From Planctomycetota bacterium (GTDB taxonomy: Bacteria > Planctomycetota > UBA8108 > UBA1146): DNA of 64,000 nt. Every line of letters starts with the position of its first letter. Position 1 is the stretch's first letter. The stretch covers positions 93,106-157,105 of the forward strand of contig CBFIET010000122.1 in the NCBI GenBank assembly GCA_965661685.1. Reading direction: 5' to 3'. Positions 9,949-18,597 of the stretch are shown here, piece after piece. A model generated the notes under the pieces. The model had not been told where the DNA came from, searched no databases, and worked only from the letters and a program-made list of their open reading frames with translations. The translations under genes and the position numbers were made by a program.

Positions 9949-11142
9949 GTGAAATCGATCGCGCAACTGTTACCAGTATTGAAACGTGGAGAAACGGTCC
10001 TCCTGCGGGCCGATCTCAATGTTCCCCTCGACGCAGGGAGCGTCTCCGACAGCAACCGAATCGAGGCGGCTCTACCGACTCTTCGACTGTTGACGGAAGC
10101 TGGAGCCCGCGTGCTTCTGGTGACCCATCTCGGTCGCCCAGATGGTGCTGACCCATCTCTCTCCACCTTGGTCATTGCTGAGCAACTGCAACACCTCATC
10201 GACGCAGAAGTCACACACGTCCCCGAGATTCCACCTTCCGATGCGGCTCACTCTCACGTTGCAAGAACTTCGCCAGGTAGCGTCGTGATGCTGGAAAATC
10301 TTCGATTCGACCACCGTGAAGTCGCCAACGATCTCGACTTCGCCAGAGCACTGGCGGCGGGGGCGACCCATTACGTCAATGACGCCTTTGGCTGCTGCCA
10401 TCGGTCACACGCTTCCGTCGATGCCGTCACCACCTTGCTTCCCTCCTATGCCGGGTTGCTCGTGGAGAGGGAGGTCACGGTTCTGCGAAGATTACGTGAT
10501 CGTGCAGATCGACCCTTCTGGTTGATCGCAGGAGGCGCAAAGGTGAAGGACAAGATCGGGGTTCTCGCCCATCTCTCCCATCAACTCGATGGGGTCGTCT
10601 GTGGAGGTGGACTCGCCAATACCTTGCTGCAGGGGAGAGGCATCCCTGTCGGCGACAGTCGCACCGAACCGGCAGCGCTGGCCGAGGTGCAGAAACGCCT
10701 CGATGGAAGCACCGAAGTGGTCCTGCCTGTCGATTTCATCGCAGGTGATGATGCTCTGAATCCTTCCGACACGGCGATCGTCAAGGCGGGTGAAGATCCA
10801 CCTTCTGGATACACCTTCTTTGACATCGGCCCCGCCTCCATCGAACTGTTCAAGAAAGCTCTTGGTGGATCGAGCACGATCTTCTGGAACGGCCCTCCGG
10901 GTGTCTTCGAATCAACTCACTACGCCCAAGGTACTGCCGCCATCTGTGATTTCCTCGCCAACCATTCCGGCACGGTGGTGATCGGCGGAGGAGACAGTGC
11001 AGCGGCCGCTCGTCTTTTCGGCATCGCCGATGCAGTCGATCACGTTTCCACCGGAGGTGGTGCAGCCCTGCAGTTACTCGAGGGATCGACTCTACCTGGA
11101 ATCGTTGCTCTGGAACGATCCCCGGAAGATCTGGATCGGTGA
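9949..11142 (+). CDS. pgk: phosphoglycerate kinase (GTG start)
   Basis: VKSIAQLLPVLKRGETVLLRADLNVPLD..., full-length PGK fold (~397 aa). GGAGGA SD upstream of GTG. Confidence 0.9.
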   Translation: MKSIAQLLPVLKRGETVLLRADLNVPLDAGSVSDSNRIEAALPTLRLLTEAGARVLLVTHLGRPDGADPSLSTLVIAEQLQHLIDAEVTHVPEIPPSDAAHSHVARTSPGSVVMLENLRFDHREVANDLDFARALAAGATHYVNDAFGCCHRSHASVDAVTTLLPSYAGLLVEREVTVLRRLRDRADRPFWLIAGGAKVKDKIGVLAHLSHQLDGVVCGGGLANTLLQGRGIPVGDSRTEPAALAEVQKRLDGSTEVVLPVDFIAGDDALNPSDTAIVKAGEDPPSGYTFFDIGPASIELFKKALGGSSTIFWNGPPGVFESTHYAQGTAAICDFLANHSGTVVIGGGDSAAAARLFGIADAVDHVSTGGGAALQLLEGSTLPGIVALERSPEDLDR

Positions 11143-11891
11143 GCCAGCCCGATACACTGGCGGCGAGGAGAAGTTTTGGTCGCCAGATCCTCGGCCAATT
11201 ATCACGCCTGGTCCGCGACCGCTTCCGATCCGGACAGCCCGCCGACGTCGAGTCAGAAACCCATTTCCGCACTCAACTCTCCCGCACATTCCCGACCGAT
11301 CGAGTGGCAGGAGAGGAACTGGGCGTGGATGCAGAAGCGTACCAGAAGGGGTGGATCATCGACCCCCTCGATGGTTCCACCAATCACAGCAACGGAATCC
11401 CTCTGTTCGCCGTTTCCATCGCATACAACGAGGGAGGAAGGACCCGCTTCGGTTGGATCTCTGATCCGATGCGGGGCGAATGGTTCGAGGCTCGAGCTGG
11501 TTCAGGGATTCTCAGAGGTGGATCGGGACCGGGTCATTCTCCAGGATCCTCGGCCACGGTGGTGGCCCTCTCTCATCGCTGGAGAAGCCATCACGCGGAC
11601 TGGCGCGACCACTTTCCCGACCCCATCAAGGTCCGGGCACTGGGTTCCATCGCGCTGGAGATGGCATGGATCTGCAGCGGTCGTCTCGCAGCCGGAGCCT
11701 GGTACAGGACCCATCCGTGGGACGTGACCGCCGGTGAGTTGATGATTCGTGAATCCGGCGGTCTCGTGGTCGATGTGCCTGCCAGCGGCTGCGGGGACCG
11801 ATGGGCCCTCGCCAGATCAGGGCTCTTCCTCCGTCCAGCATTCCTCGCGAGTACCGACGGAGATGCTGCAAAGAGCGGCAATTCCCCTTAG
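11139..11891 (+). CDS. inositol monophosphatase family protein (SuhB-like), GTG start overlapping the pgk stop (GTGA)
   Basis: WIIDPLDGSTNHSNGIPLFAVSIAYNEGG and WDVTAGELMIRESGG motifs, characteristic of the IMPase/SuhB family. Confidence 0.8.
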   Translation: MSQPDTLAARRSFGRQILGQLSRLVRDRFRSGQPADVESETHFRTQLSRTFPTDRVAGEELGVDAEAYQKGWIIDPLDGSTNHSNGIPLFAVSIAYNEGGRTRFGWISDPMRGEWFEARAGSGILRGGSGPGHSPGSSATVVALSHRWRSHHADWRDHFPDPIKVRALGSIALEMAWICSGRLAAGAWYRTHPWDVTAGELMIRESGGLVVDVPASGCGDRWALARSGLFLRPAFLASTDGDAAKSGNSP

Positions 11892-11944
11892 AATCCTTCC
11901 TTCAGCCGATACAGATCCATCACCTGCCCAGTGAAGGGGCGTCG

Positions 11945-12439
11945 ATGCAAGAAGACCTCATCGAGGTAAAAATCGACAAACTGGTCGGAGTCTCCACTGA
12001 TGGAGCTGCCGTCTTCCTCAGATCTCCCGACAAGACCTTCGTCATCTTCATCGGGTCCGCCGAGGGCAACGCTCTCGCCCGGGCAATCCAGGGTGAGGAG
12101 TCTCCTCGGCCGATGACCCATGAACTGCTGCAGTCGATCCTGCTCGGTTTCGACATCACGGTGAAGAGGATGGTCATCTCCGACATCATCGAGGGAGCCT
12201 ACTGTGCTATCCTGATCCTGACCAACAATGTGTCCGATCCTGAATCGATGAAACACGAGGTTCGAATCGATTCGAGACCATCCGATGCATTTGTCCTCTC
12301 TGCTGCCCTCGGATTCCCCATCTACACCACGAGGGAAGTTCTTGATCAGGTGAGGGATGTGACCGAAATGGGAATCAGCGACCTGGAATTCCCTGAGTTC
12401 CCGCCGCTAGACGACCCCGAGGAAGGAGCTGATTCATGA
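11945..12439 (+). CDS. bifunctional nuclease domain (DUF151/BFN) protein
   Basis: MQEDLIEVKIDKLVGVSTDGAAVFLRSPDKTFVIFIGSAEGNALARAIQG...THELL pattern, typical of BFN-domain proteins. The ATG at 11945 is my choice among starts in the longer ORF 11801..12439. Confidence 0.65.
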   Translation: MQEDLIEVKIDKLVGVSTDGAAVFLRSPDKTFVIFIGSAEGNALARAIQGEESPRPMTHELLQSILLGFDITVKRMVISDIIEGAYCAILILTNNVSDPESMKHEVRIDSRPSDAFVLSAALGFPIYTTREVLDQVRDVTEMGISDLEFPEFPPLDDPEEGADS

Positions 12440-12909
12440 CGAGCAATGGATTTTGTTTCATCATCGCGCGTTTCACCATCCTTCTCATCATCGTCGGCGG
12501 CTGTGCCCACGTTCCTGAAGTCGATCGACACTTCAAACGACACCATGCACATGAAACCGTTCGCTACTTCCGCTACGCCATCGATGCTGGCCAGTACGAA
12601 GCCGCCTACAGGTGCCTTTCCGCCAGCAGTCAGACGCAGGTATCGCCGCTGGCATTCGAGGCGATGTTGCGCTTTGTCGATGTACCTGAACTCGGGGGGA
12701 TCGGACTGCGCTGCATGCTGGTCGATTCCACCGTCGACTCCCGAGCAGAGGTGGTCGAGGCAGGACAGCCGCAGAGATGGGTCACACTCGTATGGTCTTC
12801 CGAAGAGAGTTACATCGAGTACTCTCTCTTCCTCCAACCTAACGAGGATGACCAGTGGGAGATCGACCTGCTCGCCATCCGTGGAGTGGATCTGAGTGGG
12901 GGCCCCTGA
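12436..12909 (+). CDS. hypothetical lipoprotein
   Basis: ATGA overlap with the upstream gene. Leader ILLIIVGGCAHV (lipobox). No known domain recognised. Confidence 0.45.
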   Translation: MTSNGFCFIIARFTILLIIVGGCAHVPEVDRHFKRHHAHETVRYFRYAIDAGQYEAAYRCLSASSQTQVSPLAFEAMLRFVDVPELGGIGLRCMLVDSTVDSRAEVVEAGQPQRWVTLVWSSEESYIEYSLFLQPNEDDQWEIDLLAIRGVDLSGGP

Positions 12910-14042
12910 TGGAATCGATCTATCTCGATTTCAACGCCACTACTGCGCTGCATCCACAAATCGCTCACGACATGTCCCAGTGGATCAAGCAGGAACTACC
13001 CGCCAATCCGTCGAGTCTTCATCAACATGGACGTGAGGCTCGATGCCAGCTGGAGAACGCCCGCGATGAAGTTGCCGGCTACCTGCAGGTGGATGCTGCC
13101 GAGATCCACTTCACCAGTGGTGGAACCGAATCGAATAACCTCGCCTTGCTGGGAATCTCACCCGTCGACTCCCCGCTACTGGTCGGAGCAACCGAGCATC
13201 CATCGATCCTTGAACCGGCGAAAAAGCAGTGGAAAGCAGGGAGACCTGGCTCAGTACTGCCCGTCGATGGTCGCGGCAAGATTGTCGATTTCGAGGTGAT
13301 CCCCGGCGCTCTTTATTCGATCCAGTGGTACAACAACGAAACGGGCGTAGCCCAGGACCTTCAGGGGATTTCCGGCCACATCCACGACGGTGGCGGTTTC
13401 CTGCATATCGATGGCGCACAGGGTTTTTTCCGGGACTCGACGCCGATTCCATCCCTCGCCATCGACGCGGCCACCATCACAGGTCACAAGTCATTTGGTC
13501 CCGTCGGAGCAGGGGCACTGTGGGTTCGAAATGGTCTTCTCATCGACCCGGTGCTGGTCGGCGGCCCCCAGGAGAAGAAGATCCGCCCCGGCACCGAGAA
13601 TCTGCTGGCGATTCGCGGCCTGGGAGCACTGGCAACCCTCGCCAGCCAGCAACCGTTGTGGGATCACGCGCATCTCCGAGAGTGTCGAGCCCAGTTGATC
13701 GATTCGCTGCAGAAGATCGCTGATACCAGGATCATCGAACATACCGTCGACGACTGGCCTGGCTGCATCCACGTTTCATTTCTCGACATTCATGCCGAGA
13801 CGTTGCTGGTGAGACTGGATATGGAGGGGATCTCCGCCTCCAGTGGCTCCGCCTGTTCTTCAGGTGCCCGTGAACCGAGCCACGTCTTGAAGGCGATGAA
13901 CATCGATCAGCAGTGGATTCGCGGAGCGATTCGCCTGTCCCTCGGCCCTCAGATCGATCGCACCCACATCAAAACGGTAGCGGAAAAGCTGACCACCATC
14001 GTCAACGATCTACGCAACCGCGACCTCTCCGCCAGTTCCTGA
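12909..14042 (+). CDS. cysteine desulfurase (class V aminotransferase, IscS/NifS family)
   Basis: MESIYLDFNATTALHP..., ITGHKSFGPVGAGAL (PLP-lysine region) and SSGSACSS active-site cysteine loop. Start overlaps the upstream stop by 1 nt. Confidence 0.85.
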   Translation: MESIYLDFNATTALHPQIAHDMSQWIKQELPANPSSLHQHGREARCQLENARDEVAGYLQVDAAEIHFTSGGTESNNLALLGISPVDSPLLVGATEHPSILEPAKKQWKAGRPGSVLPVDGRGKIVDFEVIPGALYSIQWYNNETGVAQDLQGISGHIHDGGGFLHIDGAQGFFRDSTPIPSLAIDAATITGHKSFGPVGAGALWVRNGLLIDPVLVGGPQEKKIRPGTENLLAIRGLGALATLASQQPLWDHAHLRECRAQLIDSLQKIADTRIIEHTVDDWPGCIHVSFLDIHAETLLVRLDMEGISASSGSACSSGAREPSHVLKAMNIDQQWIRGAIRLSLGPQIDRTHIKTVAEKLTTIVNDLRNRDLSASS

Positions 14043-14049
14043 ATTAGAA

Positions 14050-14078
14050 ATCGGGATCCCGCCAGGCGGGATCCCGAT
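14050..14078. terminator. perfect 13-bp stem/3-nt loop hairpin between convergent genes (possible bidirectional terminator)
   Basis: ATCGGGATCCCGC-cag-GCGGGATCCCGAT immediately after the iscS-like stop and 33 nt after the end of the convergent actin gene. Flanking T-richness is weak on both strands. Confidence 0.4.
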
Positions 14079-14110
14079 AGAGAAGGGGGATGACTTGTTT
14101 CGGTGCAGAT

Positions 14111-15208
14111 CTACTTCCGCATCTGCTGCCAGTACTCTGACGGCATCTCCTGGGCGAGTTTCAGAGCTCCTTGCGCTCCGGCGTACACTGCGTCGTCGAC
14201 GATGGTCACGCGACCTCCGCCCAGTTCCTGCAGTCCTCTCTCCAGTGCTTCCTGAAGACCGAATACCTGCGAACCACCGCCACTGACGATGACCCTGTTG
14301 CGGATCTTGTGCTGGAACTCGGGATCGAAGGTGGCAACCAGCGACTGAATTCCGCCGGTGATCGAAGGGATCAACTCCTCGACTGCCTGACGAATCTGGT
14401 CGGTGATATCGATCTCGGTCGGCTTTCCAGCGACCGGGAAGGTCACCAGTGCCCGCTTGTCGCTATCCACCACGCTGCTGAAGCGCTCCTTGGCCTTCTT
14501 GACCATGTTGTGTGTGAACTGCACGGCGGGGTGAGCCTCCTGGATCAACTTCATCAGCTGGCGATCGACGTAGTTTCCTGCCCGGAACAGGGTCACCTGG
14601 TCCTCGGCGTCGGGCAGGCTGCCCGCCATCCGGCACAGGTCGATGGTTCCCGCTCCGATGTCGATGACGATGGCGTTCTCCAGGGCGTCGAGGGCATAGG
14701 CAACCGCAAACGGCTCCGACACCACCATGACTCCCTCGATACCCGCCTCACGTGCCAGATCGACGATCGCTTGCTTGTTCTCTCTGGTCGCTTCTGCCGG
14801 GGCTCCGATGACGGCACACACCGCCTGATCGGGACGGGGGTTACACGACTGACGAAGGGCACTGAGAAGCGTGACTCCCGCCTTCCTCGACAGTTCCTTG
14901 GCGGAACCGTCCATCTCGGTGTAGGCGAGGTTGCCGTCCTTGAGAGGGAAACAACAGTTCAACGCCAGTCGATTCTCGTGAACCGAATCTCCTACCAGCG
15001 TGGCCGCGCCCAGTACCTTTGCGGAGACACTGTCCTTGGGCCAGCCGACCAGGCTCGCCATCACGTCTCTCGATCCATTGGATCCGGCGATGGCACTGCG
15101 ACTGGTTCCCAGGTCGATTCCCACGTGCAGGATACTGTTCTTCACATCGATCCGTGGCGTGGCTACGTCTCTGGTGTTCTTTGCTTTCAAGTTGTTTTCC
15201 GGGGTCAT
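14111..15208 (-). CDS. MamK-family actin-like ATPase (orphan, no magnetosome context)
   Basis: Colinear similarity to MamK over the whole length: VGIDLGTSRS (phosphate-1), VGWPKD, CAVIGAP, VVSEPFAVAY, IDIGAGTIDLC (phosphate-2), QVTLFRAGNYVD, IVSGGGS (adenosine), GALKLAQEMPSEYWQQM C-terminus. SD AGGAAGAAGAAGG upstream. Confidence 0.8.
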   Translation of the reverse strand: MTPENNLKAKNTRDVATPRIDVKNSILHVGIDLGTSRSAIAGSNGSRDVMASLVGWPKDSVSAKVLGAATLVGDSVHENRLALNCCFPLKDGNLAYTEMDGSAKELSRKAGVTLLSALRQSCNPRPDQAVCAVIGAPAEATRENKQAIVDLAREAGIEGVMVVSEPFAVAYALDALENAIVIDIGAGTIDLCRMAGSLPDAEDQVTLFRAGNYVDRQLMKLIQEAHPAVQFTHNMVKKAKERFSSVVDSDKRALVTFPVAGKPTEIDITDQIRQAVEELIPSITGGIQSLVATFDPEFQHKIRNRVIVSGGGSQVFGLQEALERGLQELGGGRVTIVDDAVYAGAQGALKLAQEMPSEYWQQMRK

Positions 15209-15210
15209 GA

Positions 15211-15903
15211 CTACCTACCTTCTTCTTCCTGCGAATCTGCAGACAGAGCACGAAGTGCTACGTTTGCCTGAAACAGTTGGTCCAGGAGTTCTGATTTCTT
15301 CGAATCAAATGGGGATTGCACCTCCAGAGCATCGATCCGTGGATCTCCACTGCTGGTGAGTGCGTTGTCGGTGGCCTGCAAGGCCAGGGTCAGTTCTTCT
15401 ATTCTCATCTCGAGCCTTTCGACCTGGTTTCTCTGGGAATCTCTTACCGTGGCAAGTTCTGATCGCCAATCCCGGGCGATCAGCTTGGAGAGTTGCACCA
15501 GTAGTGCTTTTTCCCGCTGGCCCAGTGCCGATTTCTGACCGCCTGCTGGGGCGGCTTCCTCCACCTGACGCTGTTTCGGACCAGGAACCTGAATTCTTGG
15601 TTTCGCGTCGACCGTTGCTTGCCCTGCTCCAGGCTCGACACTTCCTGGTGCTGCTGCCTTGAGATCCTCTCCCAGGCAGGCGTGAGCCCGCTGCAGCAGT
15701 CTCTGCCTCGCTTCAGCGGAGATCTCCACATCACCGAGGGTCTCGAGCAGAGCACGAGCCACCGCCTTGCGAGCGGCCTCCTGGAACTGACTCTGAGAGA
15801 CGACTCGCATCTTGCGAATCCCCTTCTCCTGGAGCTGTTCGAGGTGCTGAACGGAACTGTGGGGGAGCGACAGGGGTCCCTCGCTGGGATCGGCTTGCTG
15901 CAT
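15211..15903 (-). CDS. coiled-coil protein, upstream partner of the MamK-like gene (start chosen at ATG 15903 with GGAAAGGA SD; ORF extends to 15987)
   Basis: Heptad-rich translation (LEQLQEKGIRK..., ERLEMRIEELTLALQATDNAL). Its stop TAG lies 2 nt before the MamK-like ATG. No known domain recognised. Confidence 0.55.
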   Translation of the reverse strand: MQQADPSEGPLSLPHSSVQHLEQLQEKGIRKMRVVSQSQFQEAARKAVARALLETLGDVEISAEARQRLLQRAHACLGEDLKAAAPGSVEPGAGQATVDAKPRIQVPGPKQRQVEEAAPAGGQKSALGQREKALLVQLSKLIARDWRSELATVRDSQRNQVERLEMRIEELTLALQATDNALTSSGDPRIDALEVQSPFDSKKSELLDQLFQANVALRALSADSQEEEGR

Positions 15904-16316
15904 GTCGTTCCTTTCCTGGGGTGAAGGGTCTGTTTCCATGGCACTGCAGAGATAGGAGGCAAACGGCGTGCCCGGTCTCCGCACCACTTGAACAGCGCTC
16001 TGGAGGGGGCCCTGAAGAAGATGGAGCGGCGATTCCGTGCCAAAGCGGGACCCACTGTCGAGATCATTGACAATCTCGAGTCGTGCAGATCGATACTATT
16101 GGGGGGTGCCGAAAAGTGGCCTCAGGTGCTACAATATCTATGTCTGACCGTATTTCCGCCCGGAATTGCAGTCGGTATTGAGGAAGAAGAGCCCTGCTTT
16201 TACGCAATACGTCCCCCGTAGAGGCCTATAATGCGTTTCGGCCGTGCGCCTTGCTTTTGCCCCGAGCAACTTCTTCTTCCCGTCCGAAACCTCGAGCATC
16301 GACAGGAGAAATTGCC

Positions 16317-17627
16317 ATGACATTACGCCTCCCCCTGCTGGTCGGCTGGATCACCATCCTCGCCCTCGTCACTTCGACGAGCGTGGCACAGGATTACAAC
16401 TTTCACTTCGACACCACCGCCAGCGGACCTACCGGCTCCGTAATCACCACCCGGGCGCTGATCGACAATCCCGGGGGTCCCCTCGCTGGCTGGTCGATCG
16501 GGATCTGCCACGATGACAACATGGATTTCCTCGAGATCGCCGACGGCAATGCCCCGATGACTGCCAACGCTGGCGGTCCTGCTGACTTCGTCCAGACCAA
16601 TCACTACCCGGGATTCGGAGCCAATCAGGGTGTCGTGGTCAACTTCGTCGGAACAAACGAACTTCCCATCGCCACTGATCATGAAGCCATCACGATGCAG
16701 ACGATGCTGCTTGGACCTGACGACACCACCTCGTCGATGTCCTTCTGCAATGCCGTATTCCCCGGAGAAACGAGCGAATTTGAAAACCTCGCAGTGGCTC
16801 CAGGGGGTATCGCCATCGTTCCCACCATGATGGATGGAATCGTCGAGATCGGCGGATTGCTCCCCTTCGAGTTGAGCGCGGTTCCTTCCGCTCCTTCCGT
16901 CGAGCAGGGCAACTCCATCGACGTCCAGATCATGCTCAATGCACCGGCAGAGAACTACGGTTTCTCGCTGGGATTCGCCCATTCGGGGGCGTCCCTCACC
17001 CTCGTCGGTGCGGATATCGGTAGCGCACTCGCGGTTCTCAACGGTGGCTCCGGTCCGGAATACCTGACCCTGGACCTTGACCCCGAAGGAGCCAACGGCC
17101 TGATCGTCGCCTGCCTCTACTCCGTCTCCTCGCTGCTCGCGCTTCCCGCCGGAAACGGACAGGAACTGGTGGTGGCCCACTACGATGCGCCATCTACCGC
17201 CCCTCTGGGAATCACCGGGCTCAACTTCAGCGAGGACCTGGTGCCACAGTCACCTTCTCCGCCGACCGCGATCGTCATCTCTCTGGGCCAGACCTCCGGC
17301 CCGGTAGTGACCTCGGGAACCAGCATCGAGATCCTCGAAGGAGTGGTTGGAGTTCAGTTCCAGCGTGGCGACTTCGATGGAAGCGGATCCCTCAACCTGG
17401 GTGATCCCGTCAACCTGCTCGGCTACATGTTCAACGGTGGGGCAGCCCCCCTGTGCGAGAAAATCGGCGACATCGACGACAGCGGCAGCATCGTGCTGGG
17501 AGATCCGGTACAGCTGTTGACCTACATGTTCTCCGGTGGTTCTGCTCCGGCAGAACCGTTCGATCAGTGCGGAATCGACCCGACTGAAGACGATCTGACC
17601 TGTGAGGAGTTTGACGCCTGCCCCTGA
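16317..17627 (+). CDS. secreted protein with two cohesin-like modules and a C-terminal type-I dockerin
   Basis: ATG 16317 (MTLRLPLLVGWITILALVTSTSVAQ signal). Segments GWSIGICHDDNMDFLEIADG and NSIDVQIMLNAPAENYGFSLGFAHSGASLTLVGADIG resemble cohesin beta-sandwich signatures. C-terminal DFDGSGSLNLGDPVNLLGYMF + DIDDSGSIVLGDPVQLLTYMF dockerin repeats. Confidence 0.6.
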   Translation: MTLRLPLLVGWITILALVTSTSVAQDYNFHFDTTASGPTGSVITTRALIDNPGGPLAGWSIGICHDDNMDFLEIADGNAPMTANAGGPADFVQTNHYPGFGANQGVVVNFVGTNELPIATDHEAITMQTMLLGPDDTTSSMSFCNAVFPGETSEFENLAVAPGGIAIVPTMMDGIVEIGGLLPFELSAVPSAPSVEQGNSIDVQIMLNAPAENYGFSLGFAHSGASLTLVGADIGSALAVLNGGSGPEYLTLDLDPEGANGLIVACLYSVSSLLALPAGNGQELVVAHYDAPSTAPLGITGLNFSEDLVPQSPSPPTAIVISLGQTSGPVVTSGTSIEILEGVVGVQFQRGDFDGSGSLNLGDPVNLLGYMFNGGAAPLCEKIGDIDDSGSIVLGDPVQLLTYMFSGGSAPAEPFDQCGIDPTEDDLTCEEFDACP

Positions 17628-17668
17628 TCCTCATCGATCGAGGAACGGCAACAGGTTACTTCCCGACA

Positions 17669-18187
17669 ATGCGGCTCACTTCCTTCCCATGGCATCATCC
17701 ACTAAGATGCCGGAAGGAGGTCGAGGCCGTGGTCGAAACCGGTGCCATCGCGATTCGTTATCCACTTGAGAAATCCGCCCCCTCTCATCATGCAGAACCG
17801 CATCATGCAGAACCGCATCATGCAGAACCGCATCATCGAGAGCGGCATCCTTCAGATCCAGCGCCCCAATCACTGCTTGCCGATTCTCCATCTGCACAGA
17901 TTCCGCCGCTGGCAGGGGCGACCGTGACAGACTCCACCTCCGGCCTCAACAGTGGCGAAGCAAGCGACGATCCGGGTGTCATCGTGCTGCGCTGGTCGGT
18001 ACAGCCGGGAGAATCGATCGAGGCCGATCAGGAGTTACTGGTGCTAGCAGTGGGCAGCGAGGTCCAGGTGATCCGAGCGCCGGTTCCAGGTGTCCTCCTC
18101 AATCACTGGACGGAGGAGGGGGATCGACTCGGCCGGGGAGAAACCCTTGGATGGATCCGCCCCAGCTCCTCCGAGGCTGCGACGTAG
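17669..18187 (+). CDS. hypothetical protein with HHAEP tandem repeat and lysine-less biotin/lipoyl-like hybrid-barrel domain
   Basis: HHAEPHHAEPHHAEPHH repeat. C-terminal VIVLRWSVQPGESIEADQELLVLAVGSEVQVIRAPVPGVL resembles a biotinyl/lipoyl-attachment fold but lacks the modifiable Lys. Confidence 0.5.
   Translation: MRLTSFPWHHPLRCRKEVEAVVETGAIAIRYPLEKSAPSHHAEPHHAEPHHAEPHHRERHPSDPAPQSLLADSPSAQIPPLAGATVTDSTSGLNSGEASDDPGVIVLRWSVQPGESIEADQELLVLAVGSEVQVIRAPVPGVLLNHWTEEGDRLGRGETLGWIRPSSSEAAT
17786..17839 (+). repeat. perfect 15-nt tandem repeat (catcatgcagaaccg x3, plus a degenerate 4th unit) inside the CDS
   Basis: Directly visible at 17786-17830. Encodes HHAEP x3. Confidence 0.9.
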
Positions 18188-18597
18188 TTTCAACGACGCC
18201 TTCCGGTTACTTTCTTACCGCCTACTCGAGGCGCCACAGCGCAGTGGCCAGATTTATCCCGCATTCATAAGCCTATTTATGTAAATGGCTTAGGATCCAA
18301 GTTTCGGCCCCCCCTCATCGAACTGGACAGTTTCCAGCCACAACCCGTCGGCAAGCGACTTCTTGCCGGCTCAACCTCGACCCCTAAAGCCCTTCCAGGA
18401 AACCACTTAGACCTTTTAGGCGAATCCCTCATCGATTGGCACGGAGAGTGCTTTGTGTCAGTGGGCTCTTTGGGACAGGGGAGCTAGAGAGATCGCTTCT
18501 TCGGAAGTCCTCTCACGCAAGGTCATCGGGGCTGCAATAGCCTGATGAATCTCCCCGGGGCAGTCTAACTGCCCTCCTTGCTTCATTTCTTTCCGAG

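Noticed and set aside
14111-17627. Magnetosome gene island
   Set aside because: Only the MamK-family actin is present. No CDF transporters, HtrA-like proteases, MamI/L/Q/A-like genes or other magnetosome markers appear anywhere in the window. The neighbouring genes are iscS and a dockerin protein.
17786-17839. CRISPR-like or minisatellite interpretation of the 15-nt tandem repeat
   Set aside because: The repeats are contiguous with no spacers, in frame, and inside a CDS (HHAEP x3). This is a coding tandem repeat, not a CRISPR array.
18188-18597. RNase P RNA, tmRNA, SRP RNA or 6S RNA in the structured intergenic region
   Set aside because: The conserved cores (RNase P P4/CR-I/CR-V, tmRNA tRNA-like 3' end with GGTTCGA...CCA, SRP domain IV GGAAGCAGCC) are not visible. 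It is kept only as an unclassified candidate ncRNA.
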